A DNA stretch of 64,000 bases, taken from contig CM039002.1 in assembly GCA_017499595.2 (NCBI GenBank), positions 1,674,001-1,738,000 on the forward strand. Direction: 5' to 3'. Position numbers and translations under genes: made by a program. Positions 51,498 to 64,000 of this stretch are shown piece after piece. Source of the stretch: Psilocybe cubensis (Eukaryota). The stretch's first letter is position 1, and each line of letters starts with the position of its first letter. The notes beneath the pieces are model-generated. The model ran no database searches. It saw nothing but the letters and a program-made list of their open reading frames with translations, and was not told where the DNA came from.

Positions 51498-53047
51498 ATG
51501 GTTTGCCTCAAGATTTCTTCCATCGTATGTGCCGCCGCCGTCGTTCTTGCTGGTCAAGTCGGTGCAGGTCACATCAAGAGAAGCCGATTTCCAAGTCATC
51601 GCAGCCAATGCTTACCCCGCTTGCCTTCCTCGACAACGACAGCCGCTTACGCGCATTCTTCATCTCGCAGCGCTGCATCTTCCAGCGTTGTGTTGGCGAC
51701 ATCTAACGTTCAGTTGCACCGCAGTTCGTCTGCAGTCAAACCGATAACGACGCCTTCTTCATCTACTTCTGCCCATTCTTCAACACATAGCTTTCTTTCC
51801 AGTTCTGTCGATGTGTCCTCCGATATGCACCCAACCTCATCAACTGAATTAATCCCCAGCTCTGCCACCTACCCTACGCACTCCGACAGCTTGACTTCTG
51901 CTCATGCAACAACGCCTTCCACATCTACAGCTACATCCTCTTCTGAGGTCTCGGCTTCGACCAAAGTTCCTCTTGTTGTTGAGACAGCGACACCCCTTAG
52001 CAGTTCCCTTGTACCGAACAGCAACAAAGCCGGTATCGCTGGAGGCGATGCCTATCCTTTCATGAAAGATCACATTGGATGGTGGTATGACTGGTGAGTC
52101 CATCACTTCGCTATTTTCAAAAAAATCTCTATTCTGATTGACCATGCGGGGTTTTAGGTCTCCCAATCCATCCAAACCAGGCCCACCAATTGCTGTCCCC
52201 ATGCTTTGGGGAGATGGCAAGGTCGACCAGCAAGATGCTGATCGCCTCAAAGCGTTTAAGCAGCTCGCGACAGTTCCTCGTTATGTTCTTGGGTTTGAAG
52301 AGCCGGATTGTCCTAGCGGCTCTGGCTCATCTGGGATGTCGGTGCAGGATGGGGTAGCGGAGTGGGAAGCCTTGATGGCGCCGCTGAAAGCTCGCGGGGC
52401 GAAGCTTGGTAGTCCGTCAATGTGCAGTACGTCGTTTTATCTTTTCTCGGCTGACTTCTTATTCATTTTCTGGCTGCATATTTCAGAGCAAGCTGATGAA
52501 ACATGGCTCGCCGAATTCAGAAATCAGATTTCGACGATGTGGGATTTCACAGCTATACATATCAATAAAAACAGTCTGGCTGGTGTTCAGAAAGACATTG
52601 TAAGTCTCCTCTACCTATCATACATTGACTATATCCAACTCAATCTATGTTGTTCGTAGGCACACTACAAGACCTACGGCAAACCGATTTGGGTGACAGA
52701 ATTCGCTTGTGTTAATGGTGACTACCTTTAAACTTTTTTCTCACTTTTGGGACCGGCGTTGATTTATTATTGTTCTGAAGATGACAAGCAATTCACGCCT
52801 TGTACAGACCAAGAGGAGATTAACAATTTCATCAACACCGTCGTTCCTTTCTTTGAAGAAAGTAGTGACGTTTTTGCGTACGGATACAGCAATGGTCTTG
52901 GTCTAGGAGATGTCTGGCCATTGATGAAAGGGAATTCGCTGAGGTTAGCATCGTCCCCTCCTATTGTTGTTAGTCCGACAGCTGATCCACTGCGTTTACA
53001 GCGAATCCGGAAAGACATATTTGGCTGCTATCAGCCGTTATCATTGA
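51498..53047 (+). CDS. Secreted glycoside hydrolase family 128 (Asl1-like beta-1,3-glucanase)
   Basis: Signal peptide and Ser/Thr linker, then KAGIAG, WWYDWSP, VPMLWG, LGFEEPD, DFTAIH and GKPIWVTEFAC. Confidence 0.88.
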
Positions 53048-53232
53048 GCTGTTAGCAGGACGCCATAGACTGTACGCGCAGGCATGTCTGGCAATATGTC
53101 CTGGACAGAAAACTATATATTATCCCCGCACAATTACTAAATAGATTACAGCAGGGGAATCCTATACAGAATTAGATACAATTTTTGCGTGCAATGTGAA
53201 AGCAAAATGTTCGAGCCGTGTTTTACCAGGGA

Positions 53233-54883
53233 TCAATAGATGTAGGGTATAATTCGGTAAGGTACCAGTTTCTTGTAAGCAACCCAATCGTCGCCATATC
53301 TGGAGGACGCGTATTTTAGTAGGGTTTTATGAAGAATGGCGAAGAAGAACGTACTTAAGGTGGCAGGCTTCGTCATCGCGGATTTGCCTGTGGACGAGGA
53401 GGAATGTGAAGTAGGCAACGTAGAAATATGTGATGGGGGTTTCGAAGCCGGTCGGGAGTGACCAAGCCAAAGCCATGATCAAGTCGCCCCTTCAACAAAA
53501 GGTTTAGCTGGCGATTCACGAGCAAAGGGCGAATTACATGAAGCTTACATGTAGTTAGGGTGCCTGGAACGACCCCACCAGCCTGATGTGAGGAGTTTGG
53601 TACCCTTCTTAGTGGTCATGTACTTGAGATCTGTTACTGAATTAGAAAACGGCGTCGGATGACAAAAATCAAGTCGCGTACTTTTGGGGTTGGTGCCGTT
53701 GCGGAAGTCGTTCTTTTCGCCATTGGCTGTTCGGAAGATATAGTAGCCTACAAGATTGGTGAAAAGGACGCCGGCGGTGGCGAGAGGTCCGAGTTCGACA
53801 GGGTGGAATGCAAGGTAGCGCGCTTGGAGGGAGTATACGAAAGGTACCCAGACCAAGTCACCGACAGAGAGCATGAAGCCAAAGCCGTCGCTTGTGATAT
53901 CCATGGTGGTGAAGAGAGCAGGCTGGAGACAGAGCTTTAAACGTGAATACAGAGACAGACAAATGGACGCACCTCGTTGTACAAGCCATCGGCAACGTAC
54001 CAAGTCTGGAATGCAAGGACCAGCCACATCGAATCGGTAACCTTCGACAGCCCACCCCGGCGCGTTGCCTGCTCGCAGACCATGCTGATGTTGATGAGAA
54101 CCCAGAGGATCAGGCCGGGTCGAAGCTCATTGAAAGACTTGATATCGAAGGATCCGATTCTTGGGTTTAACTCGCGTCCAATGTACCACTGTACATGAAA
54201 AGAGTTGGTTGGAGTAAGTATATTTTTATAGGACCAGATGTTGTTGATGTGGTTACTCACGTCGTAGATCAGATTGCCCGAGTTGCCGCCCACCGCCAAC
54301 AGTTTACCCTGGTTGAAAGAAACCGCATAGCAATACACTGCCTGAACAAAGGCCATCAGGAGGGAAGCTGTGATCAACCCAACCCATTTGTTGTAGATGA
54401 AGGTGAAAGACTCTGGCCCGAAACGCAAGATGGTGCCCGACGTGATTCCCAGAGCGAGTAAAAAGGTGGAGAATGCTGTATGAGACAAAAATCAGAACAG
54501 GGGGATGCGGTAGGCGTATAGCTGAGGGACGCACCATTGATTTTGTAGGACAGCTTCTGTCCTGTTCGCAGAGTGGTGCCGCTTACCTGATCGCCTGGGA
54601 TGACGGCCCACGCGACGACACAGAATGTGTACCATGCGAGGTAGATGAGCGCCGCCTCCGTGTCCCACAGCGCTTTCCACCAATCCAAGCTTGTGACAGA
54701 GTGAATGACAACCTCAGAGACGGCAGACAAAGACGCGAATTTAGGCGGACACCCGCCAGCAGACTCTGAGCAGCCAAAGTAGAGCGCGTAGGTCATGATG
54801 GGGACGCCGACGGAGATTGCGAAGGCGCCTGGGGGGCCGAGAAACTCATACTTTGTTGTCCGTGGGTTGAGTTGGGAGGACAT
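53233..54883 (-). CDS. ERG24: C-14 sterol reductase
   Basis: [93 protein letters not shown]. Confidence 0.93.
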
Positions 54884-55177
54884 AGTGGTGGTGAAGAATG
54901 AAGGGAGTTGTTCGGTAATACTGCGCACCGGGGCAAAAAATAACATACGACTTTGTTGGACAACCAACACCAAGGTTACTCTGTATTCTTCTTTTCTTTT
55001 CTTTAAATAAGTAACAGTCTGAAATATATTCACAGGTCGCGACAAAAGAGACATATGCGGCACTGCAGATAAATAAAAGGTACGCCATCCATACATAATT
55101 TGACACTTCTTCCGCCCGGACCTGGACGTTGGTCGGACTATTCTCTTTTTCTTTCCTCCTTTCTTCATGCCCATCGT

Positions 55178-56678
55178 ATGGCCCTGGCTCAGCGTCTGAA
55201 CGAACTCGCAGTTGCCAACTCCCAAGGCTTGCTCAAGTGTGTCGCGTCGATCTTTCTCTTATCCCCGTATGCTGATCCTCCGGCACAGCGATGATGAATA
55301 TCGACTCTTGCGCCAAAGCGTCTTTGAGCAACATGCGAGCACTGTCGTCGTCCCCGTAGAGGCTCCAGTCGTCCCTATTGCGCGCGTGCATGTCCAAGTC
55401 CAAGGTACGCGTATTCCAATACACCTCTCCTCTGCTCTGGTCATCTAATGCTGCCTATTGCTTCCAGCTACTTCCCAAAGCCACCGCCGCCCATCCTCCA
55501 AGCCCACTAATGATCCACCAAAGCCATCGCCGCACGCTTTAGCGCGTCCCAAGTCGAGTGTCAACTTAGGGGTCGCCAACCTTATCCGTAGAGCGACGGG
55601 GCGCAAACCTAACCCCTCGCCCGCTGTTCACGATACACCCACGAACCGTAAAGACGCTAGGAAACCTAACGAACCAGTTGCCGTAACCCCTGTACCGAAG
55701 CGTAGCGTTGTGTTGCCGCGATTACATTCAAAGAAGCCTCCGGAGCTCCCACCGATATTCGTAGGCGGTTCCCAGCCGCTGTCAGGTTTACCCTCCAAGG
55801 GATCAACTTCACAACTCGACGTACACTACTCGCTCCAGTCGCCCCCGCTCAGTCCGAGCAGTTCATCAATGTACTATGCATCGCCGACTTCCCCTCGCCA
55901 TCCCGAGAATTCCTCCTCAATGAATGACGTCTTCGACGACGACAATCTAGAAACAGCCAAAGACTTTCGCGCAGCCATCGCCATAACGGAAGACGAGGCG
56001 CTCAGGTTGATCGATGCCTTCAATAATCTTGAATTGTCCACCCTCCGGCGTATACAGAAGCAAAATGCTCGGCGTCTACCGACTACGACCCCTACCCATA
56101 TCGGAGTTGTTATGGAAGGGCAGGAATGGCGAGAGCATCGTTTAGTACCTTCGCCGTCTTCTCCCTTGCTTAACCCCAGACAGCACCGGACAGCGCCTTC
56201 AGTTGAAATGAGCAACAGCGACGGAAAGTCGCTTCGTTCGGTCCGTTCAGGGTCCTCACATGCGACGAGCTTATCCCAATCGAGGTCAATTTCGTCATTA
56301 CCCAAGGCCGCCCCCGCCAGCCCGCTCTCCTCTCATTTTCGCGCACCTTCCTTCAGCTTAGCACGCAAAAGCTCCATCTCGTCAACGTCCTCTAGAAGCA
56401 CGTCGCTCTCGTCATCAGGGATGCTTAGCGTCTTAAAGCCTCTCACACACCATCGCAGTACCAGTCGCTTGGCCCTACACCGGGAAACCGATAGCCAGGC
56501 CATGGCGTCCACGGATACCATCGCCCGCACCGCGCTTGAAGATGCTGACGAAGATCCCGAGCTTTCAGATATCCGGAAACGTCGCGAAGATCTAATCAAC
56601 CGCTACACTGCGAGAATAGAATATCTTCGAGCCAAACTGAAAAGCGCAGAGCTGCATGAGAAACTTCTCAGGAAATAG
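55178..56678 (+). CDS. Hypothetical protein (Ser/Pro-rich with C-terminal coiled coil)
   Basis: MALAQRLNELAVANSQGLL/DDEYRLLRQSVFE exons plus the 406-aa ORF ending RIEYLRAKLKSAELHEKLLRK. Confidence 0.8.
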
Positions 56679-57675
56679 GTCCTATCTATTGTTTCTTGGC
56701 TTTCTTTGGTCCTCTCTCTCTCTACATCTATGGTATACTTATCCTTCACGTTCCCTCTTTCTCCGACCCGCACGACACACGACACACTGTCACGACCATG
56801 CATCTCCACCATGCTCGATATCTTACAACTATATATATAATCCACCATACTCATGGACCTATTTAATTAGCTGCATTCATCCATCAATATTGGTGGAACA
56901 AGAAATACATCATATATGTGCACACCATCATTGTTATCTAAATTTCCATCGTATTTGTATCTCTCCTGACTGTCTGATTTAAATTTTACCACATAGACCA
57001 CCTGAATTTAAGGTTAGCTGCAGCTCTATGGAACCAGTATATCGGAAGCCTCTCAGTTATAGTGAAAGCCCCCACTTGCGCTCTGGCAAGAGAGTTTGTT
57101 CAATTACGCTTCTTCCAAAAACGATGATCTAGAGTGGTGCATGATCACCTATGATCACTGAGTCCTTCTTCCTAGCCCCTAAATGCTATACTACATATTA
57201 TCAGAGTCTATCATACCTCTGTCAGGGAAATAAGACAGAGGATGGTCATGTTACCATGCATCATGACCGACGCACTGCCATCGGGTTCAGAGGGCTGCGC
57301 CGGTTGGCGATATCAACTCCTCGTTGCAAAGAGGAAATGCATGATTTTCACCGAGTGATTCTTCCATAGAGGTGATTAAAGTTGTTCAAAGATTGCTTAG
57401 ACAGTGACAGTCGAATAGGTTGCTGGTGTCGAAATGGTAGAACACAAAAAGTGCCTTCTGAACCTCCTGTGCTATACCCCAATCCACACGGGCAGAATCA
57501 ACCAAGAGTAACAGCCTCACCCCGAATGTGTTGCATGGCAGTGCAGTCCAGCACCAGCCAAGGCGGAAGGATATTTCGTCTTCATCCGCAACACCAAAAG
57601 GGCAAACTGAAGCCTTTTTCCATTTGGCTATAAATAGACCGCGGTTTGAGTATGGGTCAAGATAACTCATTAGCC

Positions 57676-58364
57676 ATGTCTAATCCTCTTGTCCTGATGC
57701 TAGAACGCGATAATCCGTGCAATACTACCATCGTCAACAATGAAACGGGAGAGTTGATGTACACTGTCACGACGGTCCACGAAAAAGACTCTTTCACCTA
57801 CCTCAAAGATGCTAAAGGTGGCCACATCGCCCATTGGAAATGGCGTGATATAAGGTCAGATGTATTGACCATGGGGGACGCAAAACCTATACCAGCAGGG
57901 GACTGGTTGCAGAAAAGTATGGTCCCTTTCAGCAGGTAACTTGTCATCTCGCGTTTGACGACTAGTGCTGATAAGATTAATAGTACCGTATCTTTCAAGG
58001 ACAACAAAAAGAGGACGTTCAAATGGAAGAATGTCGAAGGAGGCGGGCAGATGGAAGTAAGCGCCAATCCTGCTATGATTTGTTGTGTTTCGTAATAGAA
58101 TTCGGCCCACAGCTGTATTCCTCCGAAGATAAGAAGAATCCAGTCGCCGCATTTCTGAAATCCTTGGATTACAAGGATCGCACTGTCGATCCCCCTGTTC
58201 CTGTCCATCGCGATGCCACCTTGACTCTAGTTGGTCAAGCGCAGGAAATAATCAATTTGGTGGTTATATCATTCTTAATCCTGGAGAAGAAACGCAGAAG
58301 CAAAGAAGCAGGAGAGGGAACAACAGCTAGTGCTCTTGCCACCCCGTTGGCGAATTTACAGTAA
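57676..58364 (+). CDS. Small DUF6593-like hypothetical protein
   Basis: TATAAATA at 57628. Encodes DNPCNTTIVN..GELMYTVTT..IAHWKW..FKWK..LVVISFLILEKKRR; two introns. Confidence 0.7.
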
Positions 58365-58588
58365 ATAGCCCTACCACGAGGAAATGCAGGACAATCGTTG
58401 CCTTTTCTTCGTCCTTTGACTTCGACGACCTGGCTATTCGGTGCGAAATGCAACAAAGGTAACATTTCTCTGATCACTCACCAGAACTTTAAAGATCGAT
58501 CATTCCTTCAAGCTGGCTTGAATGCATGCACCAGGCAGTGAAATTGCTATACTTAAAGTACAGAGATCTAGAAAATGCGAGGAAGGCT

Positions 58589-59239
<651 letters not shown>

Positions 59240-59542
59240 ATTAAGAGAAAAGATACTTCAGCTGTCGGACAACCTTGAGAGATCGATGGTGATGGGTACA
59301 CCGAGCAGCTGCTGAGTGCCACCTTCATTGTGACTGACATAGGGGCAATGTTTGGTACAGGCATTAACAACAAACATGAACTTGCACGCAAAATGACTCG
59401 ACAACTTAACCGACTTCAGTGCTTTCACCGCCCCGCATCCGAACAAATCGACCCTCTTCCAACACCTCGAAAAACCATTGCTCAACCTTTTATTCAACTT
59501 CTAAAGATCTCTTTCATCGTATATATCGATTACCGTTAAATT

Positions 59543-60735
59543 ATGGAAGAAGCAAACTGGTCGTTTTCTCAGTCATTTACAACTCAATTTCAAGCCATGC
59601 GCTATGGTCTGCAGCCTTGAAATTGACTACAAGCCAGATGTCTTCTTAACGTTAACTAGACTTGGAATCGCAGATATCTGCTGCCAAAACTACGTCACCT
59701 TTACCACAGGAAACTTTACAGGATCTGGCAGTATCACTTGCGAAAGCAGCAAAAGCCCTGGCTGATGCTACTGGATCGTTACCTTCGTATGACCAAAAAC
59801 AGTATGAAACGGTATGTATCTGTTGATACGATTGATAAGGACATTATCTTGAATGGGACCCATTTTTCAGCAATTGAAAGCTTTAGAGAAATCTGTTGAA
59901 GAGTTACGTATATCAAATGCTCCCAAGTCAAAGTTTGCGTTCAAGCGAAAACCTAAGGCTGCTGATTCTGCTCCTGCTCCTCCACTCTCTCCCGCCCCCG
60001 TTACCACTCCAGTCGATCCCAAACAATCTGTGACCGTGCTACCAACTCCTACGCATCTTGTACTGTCCTCAAAATCTCATCAATATATCACAAGAGCAAG
60101 TCTTCCAGAGCATCCTCAACAAACTGATTTGGCCCTCTCAGACCTTGATAACTGTGTCGTTAATCTGCTTCCTCCTATCCCATCTATCAGCGACGGGCGA
60201 ACAGAAAGCCTCATTCTAACCGCCTTGCATGCAAGGAATCTCACGAACTGCATCATACTTCTGCCATCAATTGAAGGTAGCGCGTTACTTCATGACATGT
60301 CTAACTGTATTCTTGTCCTAGGATCTCATCAGGTTTGCTTAAATCATAAATAATCACGTACCAAATTTGACGATTTTCGACTAGTTCCGAATGCACTCTT
60401 CCAAGAAGATCGACATTTTTCTTGCCATTTCATCCAACCCAATTATTGAGCATTGTAATGCAATTCGATTTTCACGATATCCGAGCACCCTCATGCCTGC
60501 GCTCCTGGGGAAGAAGGCGAGCCTACTATCTGTTCTCTGTAACATTTTATAAATTTCTTTTATTTAGGAATCTCCTCCGTTTACTGTCCAAGACTTCTCC
60601 CATATAAGACCAACACCCTCTCCAAACTTTTCCACCATGGACGATAGCACTAAACAAGCTATAGAAGACGGCATTGCCTCTGCTCACAACGACACCACTT
60701 TTGTAGAGAAACTGAACACGGTTTTACCACAGTAA
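59543..60735 (+). CDS. Tubulin-binding cofactor C
   Basis: LADATGSLPSYDQKQYE, PKSKFAFKRK, GSALLHDMSNCILVLGSHQ/FRMHSS...SNPIIEHC, VQDFSHIRPTPSPNF. Confidence 0.88.
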
Positions 60736-60826
60736 ACGATTGAAATTTAAATACCACTATAACTATGGTATCGAACTATTGGTTCCTTCCTAGATGATTT
60801 CAGATACAAGAAATAATAGTCAAAAA

Positions 60827-62452
60827 TCAAGATTCGTCCCAGAAGCGTGGGTCGAGAGCACATTCCCTTGCCATTTCAAGCTAAAAGATTGTGAGCACGA
60901 AAGAAGATATGAATTTTTTAAAAGTTTCTAACCTGTTCATCCGTATGGCAAACCAAGATGTGTTTCTGTCGATTACTCGTTTGGCCTTTGTCGACAGAGA
61001 TTTCCACAACGACCTCATCCACTTTGCCCACGCTCTCGTTCCTCTCGGCGTCTATCTGGGGGTATCCCAAACATTGCAGTCTCTCTCCAACCATACTGCG
61101 CAACTGGACGCTTTTTTCCCCTATTCCTCCAGCAAAAACGATAGCGTCTACTTCTCCTCCCAACTTCAGGTGATAAGAACCTACAAAATGTAGAATTCGA
61201 TCAAGGAAAATATCATAAGCGAGTCGATAGGGATTGCGAAGGGAAACATCTGGGTCATGGTTTTCCAAGTCTGCCTTGGAGGTGATAACGCCAAAGTCTG
61301 TGGTTCCTGTTATAGCTTTCCATCCCGATTTTCGATTCAGGATATCCTCAGCCTAAAAAATAAATCTTCTTACTTCCCATAGTGAGTACAGCGAATAAAT
61401 GGCGTACCTTTGTGACTCCTATGTGTATAGCCATGTTCGGGTCATGCGTTATTCGTCCCGCCTTGTTGGTATAGTGGAATATCAGACTTGGGTCTATGGA
61501 CCCGGAACGTGTAGCACCTGGAAGGCCATTAAGTGGCGTTAGGCCCATAGATGTGTCCAGAGATTTGCCATTCTTGATAACACAGGCCGACGCTCCAGAA
61601 CCGAGGTGTAGAACTATGAGATTAAGTTCCTCAGTTGGCTGAAGAAAAGGCAGAGCAGGTCAAATGCTGTTTGAAATTCTATTCATGTCCATACCTTGGA
61701 AAGATATTTTGAGACGGTGCGTAGTATAAAAGCATCTAAATACAACTTTACTCAAACGATCATCGAAGATTGGAAACCGAAATAACTCACAGCTTAATCC
61801 GTGGAAGCCATATTTCTTTAGCCCACGTTTCTTGGCAAGTTCTGGATCGATAGCATAGCTGGATATATGTATGGGTATAGAGCGGTGGAATGCAGTGTCA
61901 AAGTATGCAATGGATTTTGCGTCCGGAAGAACATCAATGCAGGCCTTAATCACGGACAGTGCTGCGCCATTGTGTCTAGAATGTGGACGTAAATAGAATA
62001 CCAAGAATAACGTGGAGGGTTACTTACAGTGGGGCTAGATCTGAGAGTTTCTCTATATGGTGATAGGCCTCTTGCGTGATTTCTACAGGTTCAGTATAGT
62101 CGCCTCCATGGACTACACGGTGGCAGATGTACATGATTTGTTTTCCATGTATAGACGCTTTTGACCGAAGAACCTCCAGAAAATGCGAAAATGCAGAAGC
62201 ATGGTCAGTTATTGAGTTAACAATCTCATCCTTGCAGCGCTGATCATCAGAGGATTCAATGGGCTGGAAAGAGAACTTGGCTGGAGGTGCAGAAATCGAA
62301 GATATTGAAGAGGTCAGGATCAGAGTAACAGCCTCCGAGGAACTGTGGTCGGGATACTGGTTTTGACGAGATGATACAGCATAAAGAGATATCTTGAGAG
62401 AAGAAGAGCCAGAGTTGACAGAAAGCACAAGATTTTTGTCTGGAGGTGACAT
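60827..62452 (-). CDS. ACK: Acetate kinase
   Basis: [86 protein letters not shown]. Confidence 0.95.
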
Positions 62453-62817
62453 CGCGAATTGCAGTGGTACTGGCTCCTCGGACGCTGATAGATTATATAA
62501 CTGGTCGACAAGTCCACGCCAGGTGGGCAGTCCAGAGCAGTCTCCATGAGAGCATCATTTATTATCGCAAGAGACTTTTTTTGTATTCAATGACGAGTCT
62601 GGAATGATCTTGTTGTGTGATTCGTGGAATGCTGGGCCAATTGGGTTTGACATGGAGGTTGGATCCAGGTCCATTTGCTATTTACGGCAACCGTCTGGAG
62701 TCAGCTCAGAATCACGTCCAAAAATAACACTCTCTCCGTCAACCTTCATCGCGACTTTACTCCACTATATAAGGCCTCCATTGCAAGCCAATATGTCCTC
62801 AACAAACTCTCGAAAAC

Positions 62818-64000
62818 ATGCCTGCTCAGATCATTTCACAACCCAACCCTCCTGCTGATCCCTCTCTCCTGCCAGATTCTACCCTTGACTACGCAATCAA
62901 GCTCGATACTAAGGATTATCTATCGCCTGAAGAACTCGATGGCATTCGCAAGTTTCGTAGAGCCGCAGACTACATTGCTGCAGGTTAGCCATTTCGTACC
63001 GTGTCACAATGCCGTCTGTTTACGTCTTATTTCCAAAGCCATGATCTTCTTGAACAATACCAGCAACGTCCTTCTCGAGCGCGACCTTACACATGACAAT
63101 ATCAAACCTCGTCTCTTGGGTCATTGGGGCACTTGTCCCGGTCTAGTGATGGTGTATGCTCACCTCAACCGGATCGTTCGTAAGACTGGGCTTGATGCTC
63201 TTTATGTCGTTGGACCAGGTTAGTCCAAAATTTGCGGAACTGAGAGTTGGGACTTATCTCTTTTGTTTCTTATTAGGTCATGGTGCACCTGCTATTCTCT
63301 CTTGTCTTTGGCTGGAAGACTCACTCAGCACGTTTTTCCCTGAGTATACTCAGAACCTTGCTGGGCTGCAGAAATTGATCTCCAGCTTCAGCGTTCCTGG
63401 AGGGTTCCCCAGGTACGATTTTTAAACTATTCCAATTTGTTGCTCATCTGATTGGCATTGGCTTCAGTCATATAAATGCTCAAACTCCTGGAGCTATTCA
63501 CGAAGGCGGCGAACTTGGATACGCTCTTAGTGTTTCCTTCGGTGCTGTTATGGATAATCCCGACCTTGTTGTTGCATGCGTCGTTGGGGACGGCGAAGCA
63601 GAAACTGGTCCAACCGCAGCCGCCTGGCATGCATACAAATACATTGATCCTGCTGAATCTGGCGCCGTACTCCCCATTTTGCATGTAAATGGCTTCAAGA
63701 TTTCTGAAAGGACAATCTATGGTGTCATGGACGATAAAGAAATTACCGCGTTGTTCACGTAAGTATCCTGCATGATTCGACTGGGATCAAACCTTTTTAA
63801 TTCCTCTTCTTGATTTCAGAGGATATGGCTATCAAGTCCGCATCATTTCTGATCTCCCAAACTTGGACAACGATCTTGCTGCCTCGATGGAGTGGGCACT
63901 CGCTGAAATCAAGAAGATTCAAACTGCCGCTCGGACTGGAAAGCCTATTATAAAGCCCCGCTGGCCAATGCTCGTCCTTCGAACCCCCAAAGGTCTCTCT
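62818..64000 (+). CDS. XFP: Xylulose-5-phosphate/fructose-6-phosphate phosphoketolase (runs off the window)
   Basis: FRRAADYIAA, IKPRLLGHWGTCPGL, VVGPGHGAP, HINAQTPGAIHEGGELGY, VGDGEAETGP, VLPILHVNGFKISERT, LRTPKG. Confidence 0.95.

Overview
Intron-rich fungal genomic DNA. The short GT..AG introns and gene content point to an agaricomycete basidiomycete (inference). The window has two parts. (1) About 1-27 kb is a rearranged accessory cluster of paralogues from two related families. Family A has six copies plus a relic; family B has two copies plus relics. Both share the motif series FP(L/P)W...(V/Q)xxGDVG...F...FN(L/I), then A(V/L)x(L/F)PD, then W, then (LYV/LIL)(V/I)(TG/ER), then a C-terminal beta strand. 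I interpret this, as an inference still needing structural confirmation, as a gasdermin-like pore-forming fold. Family A carries this domain at the N-terminus, followed by an acidic linker and a C-terminal domain. Family B carries it at the C-terminus behind a long disordered N-terminal arm. A and B form a head-to-head gene pair that has been duplicated in inverted orientation together with the 5' end of an SRA/YDG methylcytosine-reader gene. Three non-autonomous transposons sit in the cluster: a 14-bp-TIR element with a TG target duplication that disrupts one A copy, a Helentron-like element, and a MULE-like MITE nested inside it. (2) About 27-64 kb is mostly ordinary fungal genes: a membrane-protein pair, an MMTAG2-like gene, a low-complexity protein, MARVEL and Mid2-like proteins, C2H2 finger paralogues, a YEATS protein, GH128, ERG24, a DUF6593-like gene, RBX1, TBCC, and the divergent acetate kinase/phosphoketolase pair. 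All gene models were built by eye, so exon boundaries are approximate.
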